Virus record (IMG/VR): IMGVR_UViG_2558860161_000001
From: a virus
Lineage: Duplodnaviria > Heunggongvirae > Uroviricota > Caudoviricetes
Strand: one strand, 5' to 3'
DNA: 31,894 bases
Shown here: in pieces, positions 24,093 through 31,894 of the stretch
Layout: every line of letters starts with the position of its first letter
Position numbering within the stretch: the stretch's first letter is position 1
Made by a program: the position numbers and the translations under genes
The notes under the pieces: model-generated
Told to the model about the DNA's origin: nothing
What the model saw: only the letters and a program-made list of their open reading frames with translations
Database searches by the model: none

Positions 24093-26558
24093 GTGGCCAG
24101 TGAATTTTCAGTCGGCGTCATTATTGGCGGCATTGTCGGAAGCAGCTTCCGCTCAGCCGTCAGTGGCACCCGACGCGCCCTAGATTCCCTGGGCGATACA
24201 TCGCGCCGCCTGCAGGAACGCCAGAATGCCTTAACTCGTGCAACTGAACGTTATGGCCAGTTAGGCTCTTCCCGGATGCAGCGCCTCAACAGCGAACTGC
24301 TGCGGGTAAGCCGCACAATGGAGCAAATTGAACGCCAGCAGCGCCGTCTGTCAGCAGTATCAGCCACCAGTGACGCGCTGAAAGCTAACCGCATGGCGCT
24401 CTATGGCCAGGGAGCAGAGACTTATGGTATCGCCCGAACGCTGGGCGCACCGGTCATGGCCTCTGTCAAACAATATTCATCGTTTGAATCCCAGCTACGC
24501 GATATCAGTGTCACCGGTGATCTGGATTCAAGGCAGGAACAGGCCATCGGTACTGCCATTCGTCGGGCATCCCTGCAGGTCAATCAGCTCCAGGAATCTC
24601 TGTTGAGCGGCGTTGGTCAACTGGTTGCCGATGGCATGAATCCGCAGCAGGCAGCGACCTTTGCCGGGATGCTCGGTAAAGCGGCCACGGCCACCAAAGC
24701 AGATATGACTGACCTCGCAAAAATGACCTATGCCTTTAGCGATGCGCTGAAAATTACCGATGCCAAAGAGCTGGAGCAGGCGTTTGGGATTGCGGCAACC
24801 GGGGCCAAGCTAGGCTCGTTTGAGCTGAAGGATATGGCGAAAGCGTTACCCGGTATGGCCAAAGCCTTCGCTGCACGTGGTATTTACGGCAAAGACGCCA
24901 TAACCCAGATCGTAGCCAGTCTGGAAGTGGGTAAAGGCAGCGGCTCAGCGGAAGAGGCCGTCACCAATATGTCAAACTGGCTGGCGGCAATGGGACGCGG
25001 AGATACCACGCAGAAATACGCTAAGGCTGGCGTGGATTACCAGGGATCAATGCAAAATTATGTAGCCCAGGGGTTCTCTCAATATGAAGCCTCCCTGATG
25101 ATTGCCAACCGGTTTATCGACGGTAAAGGCAAGGCATTTGTGCAGCAATGGAAGGCGGCAGGCTCAAGAGGCGATCAGGAAGGCCAGCAGAGGCTGATGG
25201 AGTCCTTCGGACTGGCGGAAGTCTTTACCGATATCCAGACCGTGAACCATCTACTGTCTATGCGTCAGGGCTGGGATAAGTACCAATCTAACAAGCAGGA
25301 AATGAACACTCCCTCTGCAATGTCTACGCTGGACAAGGATGCAGCGAAACAAAATGATACGCTCGAAGGACGTTGGCGCAGAACGCAGATTGGGTTTAAC
25401 GACTCGGCCATTAGCATCGGAGAATCATTACGTCCGGCGTTGATCCAGCTGGGGGAAACATTCATCCCCTTAATGAACAGCGTTGGAAAATGGATTGCGG
25501 CTAATCCGCAACTCGTGAGCGGCACAATTCAAGTGATTGGCGCATTACTTGCGTTCAAGATGGCAACCATCGGCCTCAAGCTCGGGCTGAATCTCCTTAT
25601 TTCACCTTTCGTCAACGTCTGGAAAAATGCCGTGCTCCTGCGGGCCAACTGGCTTCGCCTGACACTCGCGCTGGGTGAAGGCGGCAAACTTCGCTGGCTG
25701 GTGACCGGCTTCAGCGCCGTCGCCAGAGGAGCCAGAACACTGGGTGGTGTGCTGTCAGGTGGGCTGGTTCGCGGCATTATGATCGCCGGGCGTGCCGTTC
25801 TCTGGATTGGGCGGGCATTGCTGATGAATCCCATTGGTCTTGCTATCACCGCCGTCGCGGCGGCGGCTTATCTTATTTATCGTAACTGGGGGGCTGTCAG
25901 CAGTTGGTTCAAACAGCGCTGGGCTGACATTAAAGAGGCTTTTAACGGCGGTATCGTGGGGATTGGTAAACTGCTGATTAACTGGTCGCCGGTTGGTCTG
26001 CTCTATAAAGCCTTTGCGGCTGCGCTGAAATATCTCGGCGTTGATCTGCCCGCGAAGTTCACTGACTTCGGTGGCCATCTTATCGACGGGCTGATAAACG
26101 GCATCAAAAACAAATGGGAGTCGCTCAAAACCACCGTCACAGATATGGGTGACAGTGTCGGCGGCTGGTTCAAGGAAAAGCTGGGTATCCATTCGCCGAG
26201 CCGCGTGTTTATGGGCTTTGGTGACAACATCGCGCAGGGTGCCGCTATCGGCCTGCAGCGTACCACACCACTGGCAGCGCTCGCCGGACAACGCCTGGCA
26301 ACAGAGATGACTCCCGATGTTCCCCGTATCCCGTCGCCGGAAATCATGGCTGCGGGATATTCAGGTCGTGGCGCAGTTGCAACTGGCGGCGGAACATCTG
26401 GCGGTATCCAGGTCAGCTTTAATCCTCAGTTTTTCCTCAATGGCAAAGAAACCGCAGCGCCTGCCGGACTGACCGGCGCACTGAATATGAGCCTGCATGA
26501 ACTGGAGAAAATGCTGGAGCGTCTGCTGGCTCAGAAACAACGTCGGGGGTACGAATAA
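24093..26558 (+). CDS. Tail tape measure protein
   Basis: 821 aa with a GTG start after AGAGGA. Helical N-terminal half, Gly/Ala-rich hydrophobic segments in the middle, position after the chaperone pair. Confidence 0.85.
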   Translation: MASEFSVGVIIGGIVGSSFRSAVSGTRRALDSLGDTSRRLQERQNALTRATERYGQLGSSRMQRLNSELLRVSRTMEQIERQQRRLSAVSATSDALKANRMALYGQGAETYGIARTLGAPVMASVKQYSSFESQLRDISVTGDLDSRQEQAIGTAIRRASLQVNQLQESLLSGVGQLVADGMNPQQAATFAGMLGKAATATKADMTDLAKMTYAFSDALKITDAKELEQAFGIAATGAKLGSFELKDMAKALPGMAKAFAARGIYGKDAITQIVASLEVGKGSGSAEEAVTNMSNWLAAMGRGDTTQKYAKAGVDYQGSMQNYVAQGFSQYEASLMIANRFIDGKGKAFVQQWKAAGSRGDQEGQQRLMESFGLAEVFTDIQTVNHLLSMRQGWDKYQSNKQEMNTPSAMSTLDKDAAKQNDTLEGRWRRTQIGFNDSAISIGESLRPALIQLGETFIPLMNSVGKWIAANPQLVSGTIQVIGALLAFKMATIGLKLGLNLLISPFVNVWKNAVLLRANWLRLTLALGEGGKLRWLVTGFSAVARGARTLGGVLSGGLVRGIMIAGRAVLWIGRALLMNPIGLAITAVAAAAYLIYRNWGAVSSWFKQRWADIKEAFNGGIVGIGKLLINWSPVGLLYKAFAAALKYLGVDLPAKFTDFGGHLIDGLINGIKNKWESLKTTVTDMGDSVGGWFKEKLGIHSPSRVFMGFGDNIAQGAAIGLQRTTPLAALAGQRLATEMTPDVPRIPSPEIMAAGYSGRGAVATGGGTSGGIQVSFNPQFFLNGKETAAPAGLTGALNMSLHELEKMLERLLAQKQRRGYE

Positions 26559-27442
26559 TGTTTGCGGTACTGGGTGATATTGAGTTTGAACTGATTACCT
26601 ACTGGGACGGCTTTGAGGCCACTTTCGGTGTCGATTATGCGGAACATGCCCGCATAGAGGGTAAGCCCGGCCTGCAGTTCGTCGGCGACAAGCTGGACGA
26701 AATCCAGATAAGCCTGGTCTTCCATCAGCATTATTGTGTGCCCGACGTGGAGCTGGCGAGACTGAGAACGGCCATGAAAGCCCATCAGGCGCTGGCACTG
26801 GTTTTCGGCAACGGTGACTATCGCGGCTGGTTTGTGATTACCGACGTGACCGCGACCAGCGAGCAGACCGACAGCACAGGCAACGTGCTGGCCGTCAATG
26901 CCACCGCATCTCTCCGGGAGTACATCGGCGACCCGAAGAACCCGCTACAGCCTCCTGCGATACGCACGCAGGTTCCCGGCGTCGGGGCGGTCTCCGGTGC
27001 CGTACCTTCTCCCTCCGGGGTGGCGCAGTACGTTCGCGACGGCGTCAACTATGCCAAACAGGCGCAGTCTGTTCTCCAGACCACCATCAGCGCCGTTCGG
27101 GTGGCGCAGAAAATGAAGGATAACCCCGCCGTCGCGCTGACCCGCGTGCCGGGGCTGATGAGCGGACTGGGCAACGTGTCCGGGGCGTTAGGCCAGAGCG
27201 TTCCGGCATTCAATGCGCTCTCTGAATCCATGCCTGATGCCATCAGTCTGGCCAGAGCCACCAGCGATGCGGCCACGTATGTACAACAGGCACAGTCTTC
27301 GCTGAGCGGCGTGGACGGCAGCAATATCGCGGCAGCGCTGGATGCCGTTTCCGGGCAGCTTAACTCCGCCAGCACCACCTTCACTCGTATGTCGCCGGGG
27401 TTAAGCACCATGGCAGCTAAAATTCTGGCGAGGAGTGTGTGA
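26558..27442 (+). CDS. Tail protein (P2 gpU-like N-terminal domain; Mu N position)
   Basis: N-terminus MFAVLGDIEFELITYW...QFVGDKLDEIQISLVFH resembles the gpU family. TAATG overlap with the tape measure gene. Confidence 0.6.
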   Translation: MFAVLGDIEFELITYWDGFEATFGVDYAEHARIEGKPGLQFVGDKLDEIQISLVFHQHYCVPDVELARLRTAMKAHQALALVFGNGDYRGWFVITDVTATSEQTDSTGNVLAVNATASLREYIGDPKNPLQPPAIRTQVPGVGAVSGAVPSPSGVAQYVRDGVNYAKQAQSVLQTTISAVRVAQKMKDNPAVALTRVPGLMSGLGNVSGALGQSVPAFNALSESMPDAISLARATSDAATYVQQAQSSLSGVDGSNIAAALDAVSGQLNSASTTFTRMSPGLSTMAAKILARSV

Positions 27443-27654
27443 TGTTTCTTGAACATGTTACCCGTGACGGAGAGCGCTGGGACTCTCTGGCATGGCAGTA
27501 CTACGGCGACCCACTGGGCTATCCCCGGATAATTGCCGCCAATCCGCACGTGGCCATTACGCCGGTGCTGCCCTCCGGGCTGTTGTTACTGATCCCGGTT
27601 ATCGAGGCTGAAGAAGCCACCACAGAAGAGGATATTGCCCCATGGCTGAGATAA
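27442..27654 (+). CDS. Tail protein X-like (P2 gpX family)
   Basis: About 70 aa. DGERWDSLAWQYYGDPLGYPRIIAANPHVAITPVLPSGLLLLIP resembles gpX. Confidence 0.65.
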   Translation: MFLEHVTRDGERWDSLAWQYYGDPLGYPRIIAANPHVAITPVLPSGLLLLIPVIEAEEATTEEDIAPWLR

Positions 27655-28811
27655 ACAGCACTGCACAGGTCGCATCAGCGTTAACCGGCGTCAGCGATGT
27701 TCTGAGTCCGGTGTTCACGCTGTGGTATCTGCAGAAGAACATCACCACCGATATCGCCCCCTATGTCACCCGCGTAACCTACAGCGATAACATCAAAAGC
27801 GAGTCCGATACCATTGAGGTGGAGCTGGACGACACCGATGGCCGCTGGCTGGATAAGTGGTATCCGGGCAAGGGTGACACGCTGACGCTGAAAATGGGTT
27901 ATCAGGGCGAGAAGCTGCTGTCCTGTGGTACGTTCTCGATAGACGAGATCGAGGTGAGTTCGCCCGCGTCCGTTGTCGCTATCCGGGGCGTGGCCACGTC
28001 GGTCAACAACGCCCTGCGGACAAAATCCAGTCGTGGTTTCGAGAGCACCACGCTGGCGGCTATAGCCGGACGGATTGCCAAAAAGCATCAGCTGAAGCTG
28101 GTTGGCAGTATTGAGTCCATCAAAATTGACCGGGTGACCCAGTATGCTGAAACGGACGTGGGCTTCCTGCGTCGACTGGCCAGCGAGTATGGTTATGCCG
28201 TGAAAGTGGTCAGCGACCAGCTGATTTTCTCTCATCTGGCCACGCTGCGCGATCAGGAGCCGGTAAAACAGTTGAAGCCACAGGATGTGGCCAGCTTTTC
28301 CCTGCGTGACACCATCAACCGCGTCTACAAATCCGCAAAGGTAAAACACCAGAAGAGCAGCGATAAAAAGCTGATCGTCTACGAAGCTGATGGCGGTACC
28401 AGCGAAAGCGACAAACAAACCAAAGGCGGTAAGGTCACCAGTGCCGACTCACTGAAGGTCAACAGCCGCGTCAGTGATCCGGACAGCGCCCGGATTAAAG
28501 CAGATTCGGCGCTGGCCAGGCATAACGAATACCAGCAGAACGGCTCGCTGTCGCTGATGGGGACGCCTCAGTTGACTGCAGGCAACAAAATTGAACTGGT
28601 GGGTTTTGGTCAGTTATCCGGGCCATGGCTGATAACTACTGCCCGCCATGCGTTTGACCGTAACAGCGGCTACATCACCGAACTGGAAGTGGCACGAGGG
28701 CCGGTTACGCAGGGCAAAGCGAAGAAAGGTAAAAAGACCGGAAAAACCCAGACGCTGACCGTCTATAAACCGGACGGCAGCACGTCCACGGTAATAAAGG
28801 AGAAAAAATAA
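27642..28811 (+). CDS. Late control D-like tail/baseplate hub protein (P2 gpD/Mu P-like)
   Basis: 389 aa following the X-like gene. Sequence character fits the gpD family. Confidence 0.75.
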   Translation: MAEINSTAQVASALTGVSDVLSPVFTLWYLQKNITTDIAPYVTRVTYSDNIKSESDTIEVELDDTDGRWLDKWYPGKGDTLTLKMGYQGEKLLSCGTFSIDEIEVSSPASVVAIRGVATSVNNALRTKSSRGFESTTLAAIAGRIAKKHQLKLVGSIESIKIDRVTQYAETDVGFLRRLASEYGYAVKVVSDQLIFSHLATLRDQEPVKQLKPQDVASFSLRDTINRVYKSAKVKHQKSSDKKLIVYEADGGTSESDKQTKGGKVTSADSLKVNSRVSDPDSARIKADSALARHNEYQQNGSLSLMGTPQLTAGNKIELVGFGQLSGPWLITTARHAFDRNSGYITELEVARGPVTQGKAKKGKKTGKTQTLTVYKPDGSTSTVIKEKK

Positions 28812-29323
28812 TGGCAGGCGTCACCCGTCAGGTCGGTACGGTCAGCGCCGTCGATGCCGACAAGGTTCAGGCCCGCGTTCGTCTGCCTGAGTGCGATAAC
28901 CTGCGCACTAACTGGCTTAACGTACTGCAGCGCAACACCCAGGATAACAAGGATTACTGGCTACCTGACGTGGGGGAGCAGGTTGAGGTGCTGCTCGATG
29001 CCAACGGCGAGGATGGTGTCATTCTGGGCGCGGTGTATTCAGACGTCGATAAGCCACCGTTCAGCGACAAAAACGTCCGGGGCACGAAATACGCGGATGG
29101 CGCAGAGTTCAGCTATAACCGCGCGACCCATACGCTGACGGTCAAAGGTGGTATCGAGCGCGTAGTAATCGAGGTTGCGGTAGGTATCAGCCTGAAGGGG
29201 AAAACCATTGATTTGACCGCTGACACCACCACGGTGAACGGCAACCTTGAAATCAACGGCAATGCCCACTCCACAGGCAGCATGCTCTCTGACGGCCAGA
29301 ACTCCAATCATCACTCCCACTGA
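28811..29323 (+). CDS. Baseplate assembly protein V-like (spike)
   Basis: 170 aa. VGEQVEVLLDANGEDGVILGAVY matches the gpV-type pattern. Confidence 0.75.
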   Translation: MAGVTRQVGTVSAVDADKVQARVRLPECDNLRTNWLNVLQRNTQDNKDYWLPDVGEQVEVLLDANGEDGVILGAVYSDVDKPPFSDKNVRGTKYADGAEFSYNRATHTLTVKGGIERVVIEVAVGISLKGKTIDLTADTTTVNGNLEINGNAHSTGSMLSDGQNSNHHSH

Positions 29324-29325
29324 CC

Positions 29326-29346
29326 TTCTTAAACGCCTTTAATATC
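29326..29346 (+). promoter_or_regulatory. 21-bp motif TTCTTAA-N3-CCTTTAATATC (copy 2), overlapping the first of two tandem hairpins before the W-like gene
   Basis: Matches copy 1 at 23510..23530. Hairpins AACGCC/GGCGTT (29332..29352) and GGGGCA/TGCCCC (29361..29376) follow. ATG at 29378. Confidence 0.35.
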
Positions 29347-29377
29347 GGCGTTCCCGCACAGGGGCAATACTGCCCCC

Positions 29378-29725
29378 ATGAAAACAACTTCCGTATTCTG
29401 GCAACCGGCCCTGCAGGCCCCTGGCGAAATCGTCCGGGGGCTGGATGATATCTGGCAGGCCATTCAAATCATCCTGCGAACTCCTCGCGGCAGCGACCCG
29501 CATCGCCCGGAGTTCGGCAGCAACCTGCATCTTTATATCGACTGGCCCATCGACCGGGCTATCCCACATGTGGTGCGCGAGTCCGTTGATGCCATCCGGC
29601 GCTGGGAGCCTCGCTGCCAGCTTATGTCGGTTAAACCCGCCGTCGACGGTGAACATCTTACGCTCCGGGTGAGCTGGAAAGGCTCTGACGGACAGCCCCG
29701 GACTCAGGAGCTTTTATGGCGCTGA
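29378..29725 (+). CDS. Baseplate wedge protein (GPW/gp25 family)
   Basis: 115 aa. IQIILRTPRGSDPHRPEFGSNL ... RWEPR aligns well with P2 gpW. Confidence 0.8.
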   Translation: MKTTSVFWQPALQAPGEIVRGLDDIWQAIQIILRTPRGSDPHRPEFGSNLHLYIDWPIDRAIPHVVRESVDAIRRWEPRCQLMSVKPAVDGEHLTLRVSWKGSDGQPRTQELLWR

Positions 29726-30819
29726 CAGAACCCGATTTTATTGAACGCGATGCCGACAAAATCACGGCTGAAATGATTGCTCAGTACGAAGCCGCAACCG
29801 GCAAGACGCTGTACCCCGCCCAGGCTGAGCGCCTGTTGATTGACCTGTGGGCATACCGCGAAATGCTGGTCAGGGTAGCGGCGCAGGAAGCGGCCAAACA
29901 GAATCTGGTCGCCTTTGCCCGTGAGCCGATGATTGATTACCTCGGTGAACTGGTCGGTGTTTACCGCCTTGCCGCGCAGCCTGCCACCACCACTCTCCAG
30001 TTCTCCGTGGATGAGGCACTGGCCATTGATGTGCTGATTCCGGCAGGCACCCGCGTCAGCGCTTCCGACAGCATTATTTTTGCCACCGATACGGACGTGG
30101 TGCTGAAAGCCGGATTGCTTCTGGTCAATGCCACGGCCACCTGTACCGAACCGGGAGCCGCTGGCAATGGCTGGCAACCTGCGCAGGTCAGTCAGTTGCT
30201 CGATGAGATTGATAACGTCGACCTGCAGGTGACCAATCTGATGGCAAGTTCTGGCGGTTCAGAGCAGGAAGACAATGACAGGCTCCGCGAGCGTATCAAA
30301 CTGGCCCCGGAGTCATTCACCAACGCCGGAAGCCGTATGGCATACCGCTTTCATGCCATGCAGGCCCATCCCAACATCGTCGACGTCGCTGTGCTCTCCC
30401 CGGTTCCCGGCACCGTAGAACTGTATCCGCTGCTCAGTACCGGCCTGCCGGAGGACAGCATCCTTACGCTGGTAGAGAGTTTCTGCTCGGACGAAAAAGT
30501 CAGGCCGCTCACTGACACCGTGCGGGCTAAAACACCTGTGCAGGTGGATTACGCCATTGAAGCCAACATCACTATCTATCGTGATCAGGATGCCAACTCG
30601 ATAAAGGACAACGCCAACAGCGCCATACAGAACTGGGTGGCGTCCCGTACCGCCACGCTGGGGCGCGATATTGTCCCCAGTCAGATTATCAGCGTGCTGT
30701 CCGTTGCCGGAGTGTATCAGGTCGAACTGGTGACACCAGTGCTGAAGGTAGTGGCAGAAAACGAATGGGCAAACTGTACGGCGATCACTCTTAACATGAC
30801 CGGGGTGTCCGATGGCTGA
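29716..30819 (+). CDS. Baseplate J-like protein (P2 gpJ/Mu gp47-like)
   Basis: 367 aa following the W-like gene. Confidence 0.8.
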   Translation: MALTEPDFIERDADKITAEMIAQYEAATGKTLYPAQAERLLIDLWAYREMLVRVAAQEAAKQNLVAFAREPMIDYLGELVGVYRLAAQPATTTLQFSVDEALAIDVLIPAGTRVSASDSIIFATDTDVVLKAGLLLVNATATCTEPGAAGNGWQPAQVSQLLDEIDNVDLQVTNLMASSGGSEQEDNDRLRERIKLAPESFTNAGSRMAYRFHAMQAHPNIVDVAVLSPVPGTVELYPLLSTGLPEDSILTLVESFCSDEKVRPLTDTVRAKTPVQVDYAIEANITIYRDQDANSIKDNANSAIQNWVASRTATLGRDIVPSQIISVLSVAGVYQVELVTPVLKVVAENEWANCTAITLNMTGVSDG

Positions 30820-31390
30820 GCCGCTACAACTCCCGCCACCGCTTGAGGGTGATATCAGTCTCAGAACGCTGGGAAGACTCGCCGGGCGGCTGGATAACAT
30901 CGACCTGAGCGTACTGATGGTCTATCTCGTCGATATTGTCGACAGTTCCGCGCTGCCATGGCTGGGCGAGCAGTTCTCACTGTTCGGCGATGGCTGGGAG
31001 CTGGCGGAATCTGACGATGTACGCCGCATGCTTATCAAATCCGCTATCGAGCTGCACCGCTACAAAGGGACGCCGTGGTCAATCAGGGAAATTATCCGCC
31101 GTTTCGGCTTCGGCGAAGTGGATCTGATTGAAGGCACTGGCCAGATTGGCTACGACGGCAAACACACTTACAACGGGCTTTTCGTTCATGGCGATGCGGA
31201 AGCCTGGGCGGTATATCGCGTCATCCTTCAACAGCCCATCACTAACGATCAGGCGGCGCTGTTACGCCAGACGCTCGCTGCTTTTGCTCCGGCCCGCTGC
31301 CATCTGGCAAGCCTGGAGTATCAGTCTGTCGCCATTCGCTACAACAACACCGCCAACTATGACGGCAGCTATAACCACGGGAGCAGTTAA
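30812..31390 (+). CDS. Tail protein I-like (P2 gpI/Mu gp48-like)
   Basis: 192 aa following the J-like gene. Confidence 0.7.
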   Translation: MAEPLQLPPPLEGDISLRTLGRLAGRLDNIDLSVLMVYLVDIVDSSALPWLGEQFSLFGDGWELAESDDVRRMLIKSAIELHRYKGTPWSIREIIRRFGFGEVDLIEGTGQIGYDGKHTYNGLFVHGDAEAWAVYRVILQQPITNDQAALLRQTLAAFAPARCHLASLEYQSVAIRYNNTANYDGSYNHGSS

Positions 31391-31392
31391 TT

Positions 31393-31894
31393 ATGGCAAA
31401 CCTACCTGAAACACCGCAGTGGGAAGAAGGCATCTACCAGATTGAGGTCTCTGACCCCGTTCTGGGTGGGCCTGACGGAATCTCTAACCGTCAGGGTAAA
31501 CAACTGGCCAGCCGCACGCTGTACCTGAAGCAACAGGTTGAAAAAGGCGGTTCTGAACTTGCGAAACACATCGCGGCAGCAGACCCGCATACCCAGTACG
31601 CACCGAAAGCCAGCCCGACATTCACCGGCACGCCAACAGCGCCTACGCCTGCAAATAGTGATAACAGCAAGAAGCTGGCGACGACAGAGTTTGTGGCCAA
31701 AGCACTTGCGGCGCTTGCTGGCAGCGCTCCTGAGACGCTGGATACGCTCAAAGAGCTGGCTGATGCCCTCGGCAACGATCCGAATTTTGCGACCACGGTG
31801 TTGAACAAGCTGGCGGAAAAGCTGGCCAAAGACCAGCACGGCGCAGATATTCCTGACCCGGCGCTCTTTGTCAAAAACCTTGGTTTGGGAGAAG
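31393..31894 (+). CDS. Tail fibre protein, N-terminal part (truncated by window end)
   Basis: ATG at 31393, open to the window end, so not in the ORF track. My translation MANLPETPQWEEGIYQIEVSDPVLGGPDGISNRQGKQLASRTLYLK...PTFTGTPTAPTP is a conserved tail-fibre N-terminus. Confidence 0.75.
   Translation, partial: MANLPETPQWEEGIYQIEVSDPVLGGPDGISNRQGKQLASRTLYLKQQVEKGGSELAKHIAAADPHTQYAPKASPTFTGTPTAPTPANSDNSKKLATTEFVAKALAALAGSAPETLDTLKELADALGNDPNFATTVLNKLAEKLAKDQHGADIPDPALFVKNLGLGE

Overview
The window holds a short host flank (a 30-aa appX-like cytochrome bd-II small-subunit gene, 21..113) followed by most of a Mu-type transposable prophage that runs to the window end; its right end is not in the window. 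The layout is the mirror image of phage Mu and matches what I recall of the BcepMu group. A leftward early operon (7908..8132 back to 297..686) encodes Ner, an HTH protein, a DUF3102-like protein, a DDE transposase, an AAA+ transposition helper, about eight small accessory proteins, GemA and Mor. A divergent XRE-family repressor (8221..8631) sits opposite it, separated by a near-consensus sigma-70 promoter with a dyad operator. An AT-rich lipoprotein gene and a convergent Dam-family methyltransferase follow. The rightward late operon then encodes a lysis cassette (membrane protein, membrane-anchored SLT transglycosylase, Rz with embedded Rz1), terminase, portal, Mu F/G/I/T-like head genes, sheath, tube, a chaperone pair with an overlapping out-of-frame extension, tape measure, P2-like U/X/D/V/W/J/I baseplate genes and the start of a tail fibre. 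No rRNA, tRNA or CRISPR array was seen. All family assignments are from reading the translations; no database search was run. The most interesting items are the low-GC lipoprotein gene next to the repressor, the small early-operon accessory genes, an unexplained small ORF with its own terminator inside the tail module, a 21-bp motif shared by two late intergenic regions, and the structured 247-bp region between the methyltransferase and the lysis genes.
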